This document shows, piece by piece, positions 27,797 to 38,300 of a stretch of DNA of 64,000 nt. This stretch comes from Planctomycetota bacterium. Its GTDB lineage: Bacteria; Planctomycetota; PLA2; JAEUHO01. The translations under genes and the position numbers were made by a program. Location of the stretch: contig CBDCTJ010000001.1 in the NCBI GenBank assembly GCA_965222115.1, forward strand, positions 256,001-320,000, given 5' to 3'. Numbering within the stretch: position 1 is the stretch's first letter; every line of letters begins with the position of its first letter. The notes below the pieces were generated by a model. The model had not been told where the DNA came from, made no database searches, and saw nothing but the letters and a program-made list of their open reading frames with translations.

Positions 27797-29491
27797 ATGA
27801 AGTCGGATCTTGAGATCGCTCGCAGAGCCACCTTGCAGCCCATCGAAGACATTGGCGGCGCTGCAGGCCTCCGCGCCGACGAGTTGGAGCCGTACGGGCG
27901 CCACATGGCAAAGGTCTCACTTCGTGCAATTGACCGCCTCAAAGACGAACCCTCCGCACGCTACATTGTCGTCTCCGCCATCACCCCCACGCCCCTGGGC
28001 GAAGGCAAGACCGTTCACACGATTGGCTTGTCACTTGCGCTCGCGCAGCGCGGCAAGAAGGTAGTCACCTGCATACGGCAACCCTCGATGGGCCCCTTGT
28101 TTGGCATTAAGGGTGGCGCCGCAGGCGGCGGGTATAGCCAAGTCGTTCCCATGGAAAGTTTCAATCTCCATCTCACGGGCGACATTCACGCCGTGCAGGC
28201 CGCACACAACCTCATCGCCGCCCACATTGATTCATCCATCCTATTGAAGAATCGTTTCGGGTTCGATCCGGAACGCGTTGCATGGCGCCGCGTGAGCGAC
28301 ACCAACGATCGTGCCATGCGCGAGATCATCATTGGCCTCGGTGGCAAACGAAACGGCGTGCCGCGCCGCTCGGGCTTTGACATCACAGTTGCCAGCGAAC
28401 TCATGGCCATTCTTGGACTCGCCGACAATCTACAAGATATGCGGCGCCGAATCGGTCGCGTCATTCTTGGCTATGGCAAGGACGGCAGTGCCATTACAGC
28501 GGACGATACCAACTGCGCCGGCGCAGCAACCGTCATCATGAAGGAAGCCATCAAGCCCACCCTCATGCAGACGATCGAAGGCACGCCATGTTTCGTGCAC
28601 GCCGGCCCCTTCGCCAACATTGCCCACGGCAATTCATCGATTGTTGCCGATCGAATCGCCGTGCGACTGGGAGAATACGTTGTTACGGAGGCCGGTTTCG
28701 GCGCCGACATTGGTGCGGAAAAGTTTTTCAACATCAAGTGTCGCGCGTCGGGATTGCAGCCAAGTGCCGCGCTACTTGTGTGTACCGTGCGCGCGCTCAA
28801 GAGTCACAGCGGTCGATTTAAGATCGTGCCGGGCAAAGATTTGCCTCAGGGACTACTCACCGAAGACATTCCCGCGCTCAAAGAAGGTCTCTGCAATCTT
28901 GAAAAGCAGATCGAGAACGTCAAGGCACATGGCGTGCCGGTTGTGGTTGCCATCAATAAGTTCCCCACCGACACCCAAGCCGAGTTTGATGTCATTACGA
29001 AGGCAGCGCTTGAGGCGGGCGCTCATGGCTGCGAAGTCAGCACGGTGTTCGCGGATGGCGGCAAGGGCGGTCTTGCAATCGCAGAAGCCATCGAGGCGGC
29101 GTGCGAGGCAGGTAGCAATTACAAGCCGCTCTATGACGTAGATACAAGCATCGAAAGCAAGATTGAAACGATCGCTACCAAAATGTATGGCGCCGATGGC
29201 GTGGATTACAAACGCGCGGCGCGCGAAGATATCAAGCGCTACGAATCGCTGGGCTACGCGAATCTTCCGATTTGCATGGCCAAGACTCACCTCAGCCTTT
29301 CGCACGATGCCAAACTGAAAGGACGCCCCACCGGATTTCGACTTCCCGTCCGACGCGTGCGTCTGGCGGGTGGCGCGGGCTTCCTCTATCCACTCTGCGG
29401 CACCATGCGCACGATGCCTGGCTTGGGCTCACGCCCTGCCCTGGAACACGTTGACATCAATGACAACGGCGACGTCGTCGGTTTGTTTTAG
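27797..29491 (+). CDS. fhs: Formate--tetrahydrofolate ligase
   Basis: 'TPTPLGEGKT', 'GIKGGAAGGGYSQV', 'HAGPFANIAHG', 'CMAKT', 'MPGL'. Confidence 0.98.
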   Translation: MKSDLEIARRATLQPIEDIGGAAGLRADELEPYGRHMAKVSLRAIDRLKDEPSARYIVVSAITPTPLGEGKTVHTIGLSLALAQRGKKVVTCIRQPSMGPLFGIKGGAAGGGYSQVVPMESFNLHLTGDIHAVQAAHNLIAAHIDSSILLKNRFGFDPERVAWRRVSDTNDRAMREIIIGLGGKRNGVPRRSGFDITVASELMAILGLADNLQDMRRRIGRVILGYGKDGSAITADDTNCAGAATVIMKEAIKPTLMQTIEGTPCFVHAGPFANIAHGNSSIVADRIAVRLGEYVVTEAGFGADIGAEKFFNIKCRASGLQPSAALLVCTVRALKSHSGRFKIVPGKDLPQGLLTEDIPALKEGLCNLEKQIENVKAHGVPVVVAINKFPTDTQAEFDVITKAALEAGAHGCEVSTVFADGGKGGLAIAEAIEAACEAGSNYKPLYDVDTSIESKIETIATKMYGADGVDYKRAAREDIKRYESLGYANLPICMAKTHLSLSHDAKLKGRPTGFRLPVRRVRLAGGAGFLYPLCGTMRTMPGLGSRPALEHVDINDNGDVVGLF

Positions 29492-29496
29492 CCAAC

Positions 29497-30318
29497 ATGG
29501 TCGCCGTTTCCGCCCACGCGAGCACCCCGCCGGCGCCAACGCCCATCCGCGGGCCGCTGCGTGTCATACGAATCGTATGTTTCTCGGTGGTGTCCTTCTT
29601 CTGGACGGCGTTTTGTTTTGTCGTTGGGTGTTTCTGTCTGCTGTTCACGCCGCGTTCTGGCAAACTTGGTAGCTTTACGGCTCAGCTATGGGGCCAGGTC
29701 TTCATCCGCAGCCTTGGCATTGAGATCAAGGTTCACGGCAAGGAGAAGATCGATCGGAACACACCGCGTATGTTCGTTGCCAATCATGCGTCGTGGTTTG
29801 ACCCCCCTGCAATCTTTCTCTCCATTCCAACGCATGTTCGCTTCGTATTGAAGCGCGAGCTGATTCGATTGCCATTCATTGGTTGGTACACGGCACTCGC
29901 CGGTCACTTCTTGATCGACCGCACCAATCCCCGCAAGGGACAACAAACCATTCTCAAAGCGGTGGAGCGCATCAAACGCTACAACTTATCTCCCGCCGTG
30001 TTTCCCGAAGGCACGCGAACACGCGATGGGACATTGGGACCCTTCCGCACCGGGGCGTTCGCGCTCGCCATTCGTGCTGGCATCGACATTCAACCGGTCT
30101 TTATCGAAGGGTCTTACGAGATCTGGCCTCGACACCTCAATATCCCGGAGCGCGCTGGGGTCATGCACGTAACCATTGGCGATCCGATCTCCATTGCGGG
30201 ACACAAGGGCAGCGCGGGGCGCAAGCGGCTCTCGGCATTGGTGCGTACCGCACTCATCGATATGGGCGCCCGCGACAGCACACACGATCCATCGAACGGT
30301 TCAGCGAATTCGAACTAG
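29497..30318 (+). CDS. plsC: 1-acyl-sn-glycerol-3-phosphate acyltransferase
   Basis: 'NHASWFD' (HX4D) and 'FPEGTR'. Confidence 0.88.
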   Translation: MVAVSAHASTPPAPTPIRGPLRVIRIVCFSVVSFFWTAFCFVVGCFCLLFTPRSGKLGSFTAQLWGQVFIRSLGIEIKVHGKEKIDRNTPRMFVANHASWFDPPAIFLSIPTHVRFVLKRELIRLPFIGWYTALAGHFLIDRTNPRKGQQTILKAVERIKRYNLSPAVFPEGTRTRDGTLGPFRTGAFALAIRAGIDIQPVFIEGSYEIWPRHLNIPERAGVMHVTIGDPISIAGHKGSAGRKRLSALVRTALIDMGARDSTHDPSNGSANSN

Positions 30319-31296
30319 CGAGCGCAGCATGACCGGGTCTTCAACATCGGTCACCGGTTTGATATCCCGAAGAAACCGCTGGCCGTCTTCCCAGTAACCG
30401 GACGTGGGGCGCAACCCGACGATTTGGTCCGCAAAGTAGCTGCTGATGCGTTCCATACACAGTTCGCGCGCTAGCTTGGCAATCAAGCTCGACCAACTCA
30501 CGGCTAGGCACTTTGCATCGGCACCCGTCATGATGCGGACCACGACGCGGCGGCCTGGCAAGGTGACCACGTATCGGCTCTCGGGTTTGGACTTTGTAAG
30601 AACGTCAACGCTGCCATCGGGAAACAGTGACGCGAGAAACTCTTCGTAGTGCACGCGCGAACCGTGCCTGTCAACCACCACCTCCACGTCCCCTTCCGGC
30701 TCGCGATTCAAGATGGACAAAATGAGATGACCGCAAAACATGCCCAACACGCGCGCTTTGTTCCCCAACGCATCGACACTTTCGTTGTAGGCCGGAACGG
30801 GAACGGGCAAAGCCACGAGATCGAGCGCCTGAACGCCGCGCGATGAAAAGTGTCCTGTGAGGGGACCGGTCCATGGATAACGTGGCAAGCGCGCGTCGTC
30901 CAACGAGCCATACCACGGCAAGTGTTCGAAGGTGTGCGGCGGCACGGCGGAATAGCGATTCAGAAGATCGAGCAACGAAGCGGGCGGGGCTGTGTCGAGG
31001 GCCGACGCGAAGGCCCCTACCGCCCGGGAAAGTCCCTTGAGGCCAAAGCGCCGAAAGATCTTCTTGGAGTCGTCGATAGGCACGGGGAGCGCCGGGTCGA
31101 AGTCTCGCTTCTTGGACCCCACTGGAGGTCGAACAATCACGCCGTCGAGGCGCGAGGCCAAGACGTCCTGTTCGAAATCGTTCGCGATGCAGTCGTCCAA
31201 ATCACACCCGGTGAGACGGAACGCAGAGGCCCCCACAACGAGAGGGCCAAGGAGTGGGCCGTAGCCCGCTTCGTCGATGCCGATGTGGAGCACCAC
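30301..31296 (-). CDS. RNase HII-like protein
   Basis: 'IGIDEAGYGPLLGPLVV', 'DDSKK', 'VVDRHG', 'SLIAKLAR', 'SGY'; carries long insertions. Confidence 0.8.
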   Translation of the reverse strand: MVLHIGIDEAGYGPLLGPLVVGASAFRLTGCDLDDCIANDFEQDVLASRLDGVIVRPPVGSKKRDFDPALPVPIDDSKKIFRRFGLKGLSRAVGAFASALDTAPPASLLDLLNRYSAVPPHTFEHLPWYGSLDDARLPRYPWTGPLTGHFSSRGVQALDLVALPVPVPAYNESVDALGNKARVLGMFCGHLILSILNREPEGDVEVVVDRHGSRVHYEEFLASLFPDGSVDVLTKSKPESRYVVTLPGRRVVVRIMTGADAKCLAVSWSSLIAKLARELCMERISSYFADQIVGLRPTSGYWEDGQRFLRDIKPVTDVEDPVMLRSLVRIR

Positions 31297-31388
31297 GTCT
31301 CCCGAGAGTCACGAACGCCGGCCGTTGCGGCGGCTTCCAAAAGGGTTTTGTTGCCTCACGATGATCCAGCCCGGTCATAGTTGCGCTT

Positions 31389-32729
31389 ATGAAACGCAAT
31401 GCACGGCGCACAATCGCGCACCCCATGGCGTGGGCCTTTGCCGCGCTCCTGTTGATCCTACTTCCCTGTGCGGGCGCCGTCGGCGACATTCGCCCCTGGA
31501 CGCTGGACTGGACCAGTGCCGCGGGTGCGCAGAGCAGTGAACGTCTGTTGTCTCGCGTACAGAGCGCGATGGACGATGCGGTGCGGCGCGCCCCATCGCC
31601 CAGCATGCACTACGTACAAGACATTTTGATTCGCATGCGTACGGAGCACCGTCATTTCGGACGTCAAGAGTCTTCCGCGCTCCGTACATGGCGAAGTGCG
31701 TATGAGTTGCGAACGCAAATGCAACAGAATCAGGCCGGGCGACAGCAGTCGGTCGAGTGGCTCCAAATGGACGCGGCCAGCCGTCAGCAGGTCCTCAACT
31801 CCGAAGCCACTGAAATCGCCAACATTGAACAGTCGATACAGAGCGCACGTTCGGTGTATCGCCAGGCCAATACGCAACGACTACGTCGCGAAGAAGTACT
31901 TCGACGCTACGTAGACACGTGGGGCCCGCTGCTCTTGGAACAACGATTGTCCGGCACGCAGCATCCGCTTTCCACGCACGTACTCACATCCACATGGACC
32001 CGCGAAGCCGAAACGTTCGCCGCAAGTGTCTATCGCGACTTTGCGGACTGCCGATTCCCCGCGCCACCGAGTCCAACCACGTCGTCGCCGAGCGCCCCGT
32101 CGGTGGGATCGCCGTACAGCAATCATTATCCCAACACCGTCACGCGTCAACCAGCGCCGCGCACCGCCGCTGCACCGGGTCCCTTGTCTCGCGTGCTGCC
32201 CACGCCCACGTCACGTCCCGGGATAACTCGACCCGGAACTCCAAGTGTCATTTCGCAACCGGTCGTGCCTAAGACACCGGCCCCCGTCGCATACCCACCG
32301 GCCGTGACCGCGCCGCAGCCCGTCGTTCGTCAGCCGGCCGCGCCACGTGTCGCAGGCGGGGTTCAGTGGTACCACGACTGGAATCAGGCATCGGCCGCCG
32401 CGCGCGCCATGGGCGGCGTGGTCTTCATGATGGCGTCGCGAGCAACATGTACGCAGTGCCACAAGGTGAAAGACACCGTGATTCCCCGCCACCAAAACAT
32501 CCTTGGTGGTCGCTGCGTCGGCTTCGTTTTCGACATGAGTCAGAAAGTCGGCGGCGTGTACGGCGGCCGCTACGGCGCATTCCTACGTCGCAATCTTCCG
32601 TATGCGCAGATCATGCCACTTGCCGGGTTTGTAACGCCTGACATGCAGTGGATCGATGGATTCTGGGGTATGCCGACGGATGCTGACTTTGCGCAGAAGG
32701 CCCGAACGGCCGTGGCACGCGCGCGATAG
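31389..32729 (+). CDS. Secreted protein: helical domain, Pro-rich linker, thioredoxin-like C-terminus
   Basis: Signal peptide; 'VQWYHDWNQASAAARAMG...SRATCTQC' (CxxC). Confidence 0.65.
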   Translation: MKRNARRTIAHPMAWAFAALLLILLPCAGAVGDIRPWTLDWTSAAGAQSSERLLSRVQSAMDDAVRRAPSPSMHYVQDILIRMRTEHRHFGRQESSALRTWRSAYELRTQMQQNQAGRQQSVEWLQMDAASRQQVLNSEATEIANIEQSIQSARSVYRQANTQRLRREEVLRRYVDTWGPLLLEQRLSGTQHPLSTHVLTSTWTREAETFAASVYRDFADCRFPAPPSPTTSSPSAPSVGSPYSNHYPNTVTRQPAPRTAAAPGPLSRVLPTPTSRPGITRPGTPSVISQPVVPKTPAPVAYPPAVTAPQPVVRQPAAPRVAGGVQWYHDWNQASAAARAMGGVVFMMASRATCTQCHKVKDTVIPRHQNILGGRCVGFVFDMSQKVGGVYGGRYGAFLRRNLPYAQIMPLAGFVTPDMQWIDGFWGMPTDADFAQKARTAVARAR

Positions 32730-32752
32730 AAACATGGGCCAAAACAAGAAAC

Positions 32753-32779
32753 GCGCGGGGCAGCGTAACCGCCCCGCGC
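32753..32779. terminator. Hairpin between convergent genes
   Basis: GCGCGGGGC...GCCCCGCGC. Confidence 0.55.
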
Positions 32780-32810
32780 AGCAATCGAATGGGTCGTACC
32801 GAACGACGAT

Positions 32811-33368
32811 CTAGTTGATGGTGAGGTGAAATCCACAGTCAACGGGATTGCCATTGTCGTCGTAGGTATATACGAAGATGGTGTCGTTGGGCGAGAGCAA
32901 CGCAGGCGTTACGCTCGTCATACCCGCGGGCAAGTGTCGAGCGATATTCCAGTAGCGCAGGTGGAGACCCGTTGCGCCTGGAATCTCAATCTTGTAAACG
33001 CCCGTCTGCGTCTTGCTTACTACTGGCGTTCCCCAACCATTCGGAAGAACGAACGATCGAGAGAGGGTACCGTTTAGGTTTACCGCAACGGCAGCTTTCA
33101 CCTGACCATTGAGCGCGCCGTCATTGTAATCAAGGATGAAGTCTTTGACGCCTGCGAGCGTGCTTTCATGATTCACAATCTTCGAATTATTGTCGTTGAT
33201 TGCCGCGGCATGTGCCGCGAAGTTGGCGTTGACCTCGGAAGCTACAGCAGCCGTGTTGGCAACGAACGCATTCGGTGTGGACACGTTGCTCGCAAAAGCC
33301 ACGCCAAGCGAGAGAAGGGCGAGCGGGGCAACGATCATACCGATGGAGAATGCACTGCGATTGTTCAT
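32811..33368 (-). CDS. Secreted fibre/adhesin-like protein with 'AxEVNANF' N-terminal motif
   Basis: Signal 'GVAFA'; 'TPNAFVANTAAVASEVNANF', short coiled coil, beta-rich tip 'VSKTQTGVYKI...VYTYDDNGNPVDCGF'. Confidence 0.7.
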   Translation of the reverse strand: MNNRSAFSIGMIVAPLALLSLGVAFASNVSTPNAFVANTAAVASEVNANFAAHAAAINDNNSKIVNHESTLAGVKDFILDYNDGALNGQVKAAVAVNLNGTLSRSFVLPNGWGTPVVSKTQTGVYKIEIPGATGLHLRYWNIARHLPAGMTSVTPALLSPNDTIFVYTYDDNGNPVDCGFHLTIN

Positions 33369-33475
33369 GAGTCTTGTCCTATTCGAAAAAGTTCTTGAAT
33401 GATGGAAGGATGGGGTGATGGAGGATTAGGTGTGTTTAGTTGAATCGTGAGCGTGTTCGAAACGATGCAAAGGCG

Positions 33476-33637
33476 CTATTGCCACTGCCCTTCGTTCCAA
33501 TTCATGACATCCCACTGATTGATCCCGTCGTCGTCCGCGCCGTCACCGCCGCCACCACCACCGCCACAGGCGGCGAGTGGAAGCGCAAGCATGGCCGCGA
33601 AGCACAGGACGAGAAGACGTCGAGTCACTTGCTTCAT
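33476..33637 (-). CDS. Small lipoprotein (53 aa) with Gly linker and W-x4-W-x4-W tail
   Basis: AAGGAG SD 7 nt upstream; MKQVTRRLLVLCFAAMLALPLAA-CGGGGGGGDGADDDGINQWDVMNWNEGQWQ*. Confidence 0.85.
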   Translation of the reverse strand: MKQVTRRLLVLCFAAMLALPLAACGGGGGGGDGADDDGINQWDVMNWNEGQWQ

Positions 33638-33881
33638 GGAGAAACTCCTTGCGTTCCGTATCGAGAAGGGCCGTCGGCGCGCGTCGCGCCTCTGCGAACC
33701 TCGTGACATGCCCTCCGCTCGCCGCAGCGCTACGAGGCCATTTCGAGGTTGGGATGCTGCGCGCCGGTTTGCGCGTCACCCGCAGCCACCACTCGGAGCG
33801 TCTTGCCCCTGGAGATTTCAAAGAATTCCCAAAACCCCTATTATTGGCCTTCTCCGAACTATGCCAAGTCCCCGTCGCTTG

Positions 33882-34784
33882 CTACTGCCGCCCTTTGAGC
33901 GTCTCCCACCCGTCGATGGAGCGCGGCCAATCTGCCTTCAGCAGCTTGGAGAGTGCGCGATCGGCATAGACCTTCCCATCCGTCTGGCAAGGTGCGCAGT
34001 AGTTTGTTTCCCGTGCGCCATAGACAATGCGCTGCACGGGCGCACCACAGGCTGGACACGGCTTACCGTACTTGCCGTGTACCGCCATCTCTGGATGAAA
34101 CGCCGTCACTTTTGATGGAAATTTGTCACCCGCCTTCGTCCGTAAGCGCTCGGTCCACTCACGCAGCACTTCCTGGGCGGCCAGCCAAAGTGACTTGACC
34201 TCCTCGTCGTCCAGTCGACAAGTCCACGTCAACGGCGACAGTCGAGCACGATGAAGAATCTCGTCGCTGTACGCATTTCCAATGCCCGAGAACACGGCAG
34301 GCGAGGTCATGGCCCGCTTTAGCGTGTGATTCTTGCGCATGAGCGCAGCGGTAAACGCTTCAAGCGTACACTCAAGCACCTCAACGCCCGAGCGCTCATG
34401 GGCGGCAAGCGCGTCTCTCCCCTGCAACACATGGATCGAAGCGCGCTTCTGACTACTCGCCTCGGTAATCAACAACGTGCCGTGAGCGAAGTCAATCGCC
34501 GCGAGCCCTCGCTTGCGCGGAACTGCGGCCCTCGCGGGCCGCCACTGAAATCTCCCGGCGATCATGAGATGGATTACTAGAATCAACTCACGCGCAAGAG
34601 TCAGCACAACGCGCTTGCCGCTGCGCTCAATGTGCTCCACGCGACGTCCAATCGCATCTTCAATGGGCGGCTCCGCCGTGCGCAAAAACGACACACTCGG
34701 TACGCGCACCCCGGTTACGGTTTCACCGGCAATACGTGCTTCCATGGCTTCGACATAGACGGTGATGTCGGGGAGTTCGGGCAC
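33882..34784 (-). CDS. Fpg/Nei family DNA glycosylase
   Basis: N-terminal PELPD, 'HLMIAG', H2TH 'SGIGNAYSDEIL', zinc finger CPAC...CAPCQ. Confidence 0.95.
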   Translation of the reverse strand: MPELPDITVYVEAMEARIAGETVTGVRVPSVSFLRTAEPPIEDAIGRRVEHIERSGKRVVLTLARELILVIHLMIAGRFQWRPARAAVPRKRGLAAIDFAHGTLLITEASSQKRASIHVLQGRDALAAHERSGVEVLECTLEAFTAALMRKNHTLKRAMTSPAVFSGIGNAYSDEILHRARLSPLTWTCRLDDEEVKSLWLAAQEVLREWTERLRTKAGDKFPSKVTAFHPEMAVHGKYGKPCPACGAPVQRIVYGARETNYCAPCQTDGKVYADRALSKLLKADWPRSIDGWETLKGRQ

Positions 34785-34856
34785 AGGGACAATCGTAGGG
34801 TCGATTCTTCCGGAGCGCTAACCTGTACGTAACGTCCGGCCAATGGAGGATTCACG

Positions 34857-35366
34857 ATGACCGATGCATCCACCCCCACTCATGACGACGATGCGAATCG
34901 TTGGCAATTGATTACGGCGCGCGACATCATGCGTACCAACCTGATAACGGTGAGCTACGCTGCGCCCCTCTCGCAAATCGAGGAGAAGTTAGGCGAGCAC
35001 GGGATCTCGGGCGCCCCCGTCGTTGACGAAGCTGGTCATATCGTTGGCGTGATCTCCATGAAGGATCTCATTGCCCACTATGCCGAAGACGCCGATGCAC
35101 GCCCGCGCCGCGACGAAGGCTATTTTGAAATGTCGAGCGAAGACATGGGACGCAATGTCGTACGCGTAGGCCTACCCAAGGAGGCCGAGGCTACGGCGTC
35201 GGATCTTATGAACGCTGAGGTCTACTTTGTGGGGCCCGATGCGGGCTTAAGAGAGATTGCGACGCTCATGGCAAAGAAGGGAATTCACCGTGTCTTTGTC
35301 AAGGAGGACGATCGCTTCGTTGGGCTGATCAGCACGACGGAGATCGTGCACGCACTTTCTGCGTAG
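34857..35366 (+). CDS. CBS-pair protein
   Basis: 'ARDIMRT...ISGAPVVDEAGHIVGVISMKDL' and 'IHRVFV...VGLISTTEI'. Confidence 0.9.
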   Translation: MTDASTPTHDDDANRWQLITARDIMRTNLITVSYAAPLSQIEEKLGEHGISGAPVVDEAGHIVGVISMKDLIAHYAEDADARPRRDEGYFEMSSEDMGRNVVRVGLPKEAEATASDLMNAEVYFVGPDAGLREIATLMAKKGIHRVFVKEDDRFVGLISTTEIVHALSA

Positions 35367-35378
35367 CAACGCGTCGTG

Positions 35379-38300
35379 CTAATGAAAGTCGCGTGAGTGA
35401 AGGGTCAGTTCAGGAAGACGCTCGTCGAGTTGTTCGATGTGATCCGCAATCATGTGAATGACTTGACCTTGACGTTCGAGACGCCCACGCACCAACAAAA
35501 CGTATGCGCGTCGCACCGTCGACCAGTAGCGATCGAATACGCGGCGCCACACGATGATGTTGCTGATACCCGTTTCGTCTTCCAGGGTAACAAACACAAC
35601 GCCCTTGGCGGTGTAGGGCCGTTGACGCGACAACACAACCCCGGCCACCGCACCGGGCGTGCGATGCGGCCACGCACGCTCATCGCGAAAACGGGCGGCG
35701 GGGGTCACGCCCAATGCATGCAGGTCGTTGCGCAGGAACGAAATGGGATGAGCCTCCAACGAAAGACCGGTGGCGTGGTAGTCGAGCGCCACACGTTGCA
35801 ACGGCTTCACGGGCGGCAACGGCGGTACCGCCGGTTTCATGGTGGCCAGTACGTCGCGAAACAAAGGAAGTGCCTCTGTACGAAGTCCGCGCACGCGCCA
35901 CAGTGCCGCCTGGCGATCCAACCCCATCGACGAGAAGGCATCGGCGCGGGCAAGCGTGCGCAGAATACGAACCGACGCGCGATGACTGGCGGCTGTGTCT
36001 TCGCCCTCGCTTCCTGCATCAACATCCATGCACGCGCGCGCATCGGTTAGCGTCTCGTGCAGGGCTTCCGGCGAATCAAAGGGACCGTGAAACGACACCA
36101 TGCGATGCACGAAACGCGCGTCGTCCTCGCGCAAACCACGCACCATGCGCAACCCCAACCGCAAACACGGTGCAGGTGGTTCGTCGGTTGATTCGCCGGC
36201 TTTCTTGTCCGGATATTCAAGCGTGAGATCCCAGTCGCTCGCGTTCACATCCACGGGAAGCACTGTGACGCCGTGTTCCTTGGCATCGCGAATCAACTGA
36301 GCCGGTTGATAAAATCCCATCGGTTGGCTGTTGAGCAACGAGGCGGTGAAGGCCGCGGGGTAATAATGTTTCAGCCACGAAGAGGCGTACGCTATAATTG
36401 CAAAACTAGCGGCGTGGGATTCAGGAAAACCGTACTCGCTAAAGCCCTGAATCTGGCGAAAGCAACGATCGGCAAAATCTTTTGAAAATCCACGCGCCAA
36501 CATACCGCGAATGAGTTTCTGTCCGAAACGGTCAATCGTTTTACCTTTGCGTTTCCATGTCGCCATAGCACGCCGAAGTGCGTCGGCTTCGCCGGGTGTG
36601 AATCCTCCGGCCTCGATGGCCAACTCCATGGCTTGCTCTTGAAAAAGCGGTACACCTAACGTTTTATCAAGAATCTTGGCAATATTCTCAGTGTAGACCT
36701 CGGGTTCTTCTTCACCACAACGACGACGCAAATAAGGGTGTACCATGCCGCCGTGAATGGGTCCGGGGCGCACAATGGCGACTTCGATCACCAAATCGTA
36801 AAACGTCTGAGGACGCAGTCGTGGCAACATCGACATCTGTGCGCGGGATTCGATTTGAAAGACCCCCACCGTGTCGGCGTTGGAAATCATTTCATAGACC
36901 GCAGGATCTTCTTCGGGCAGAGTACTGGGGCTTAATCCCTGCCGACGAAAGCGCTCCATCCGGTCACGAATACACGCGCGCTCCGACTCGCGTAATGCCG
37001 CGCGCGGCGCTTGTTCAATGAGCTCAAACGCTTTGCGGATACACGTGAGCATACCCAGCGCCAAGACATCCACTTTGAGCATGTTCATAGCAGCGATGTC
37101 GTCTTTTTCCCACTCAATCACCGTGCGATCTTCCATGGCACAGTTTTCAATGGGCACCAACGAGGAGAGATGATCCTGGGTAATCACAAAACCACCCACG
37201 TGCTGTGAGCGATGGCGCGGAAACCCCACAATCTGGTTGGCCAATGCGAAGAGCCGCTGAATGGCGACAGACTCCTGCTCCAAACCGAGATCACGAATGC
37301 GCGCCGTGATGTCATTTTCTTCTGAGTTCTTGCCTTCCGAGTTTTCGCCTTCCGCGCCTCGTCCGATGTTCTTGGCCAGACGATCCACAAGATCCAGCGA
37401 AAGGCCGAGCGCCTTGCCCACATCGCGAAGGGCGCTGCGCATGCGATAGGTAATGATTACGGCGGTGAGGGCCGCGCGCTCACGTCCGTAGGTCTCGTAG
37501 ATGTACTGAATTACTTCTTCGCGGCGTTCATGCTCGAAATCGATGTCGATGTCGGGCGGTTCGGCGCGTTCGCGACTGATAAAACGAGCAAAGAGCAACG
37601 AAAACCGATCGGGATCGACCGCGGTAACGCCCAAGCAATAACACACGGCGGAGTTGGCTGCCGCGCCGCGCCCCTGACACAAGATTCCGCGACGACGCGC
37701 AAACTGAACAATGTTGTAGACCGTGAGGAAGTAGGGTTCGTAGCGCAGCTCCTCAATGAGCGCCAACTCGTCTTCAACACGCCGACGCACATCATCCGGA
37801 ACACCATGCGGATAGCGTCCCTTGGCCCCTGCCCAGGTACATGTGCGCAGATACTCGATCGCGGTGGACCCCGCCGGTGCGACGTCGGTGGGATACTGGT
37901 AGCGAAGCTGACTGAGCGAGAAGGCGCTCGCGCGCTCGGCGATCTCAATCGTTCGCTGTAACGCCCGTGACCGCCTGGACTCATCCAATAAGTCGCGCCC
38001 AAGCCGCTCCATGTGTGATGGCGCCTGGAAATGTCGTTCGCCGTGGGCCATCAAACGTCGGCCGGCGCTGCCAATCGTGCAACCGTGGCGAATACACGTA
38101 AGGACGTCGTGCAGCGGACGGCGTTCCGGTATGTGATAGCGAACATCCCCTGTGATCACAAGTGGTACGTCCATGCGCTCCGCCGCATTCACCACGATGT
38201 CGCGATGGCGGGCATCGTCGGCACCAAAGTATTTGGTAATGGCCAGCGAAAGGCGGTCGTCGTCGAACACATCGCGCAATGCTTCAAACCGTCGCAGCCA

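Noticed and set aside
32811-33368. Prophage
   Set aside because: The fibre-like gene has a Sec signal and there are no neighbouring phage genes.
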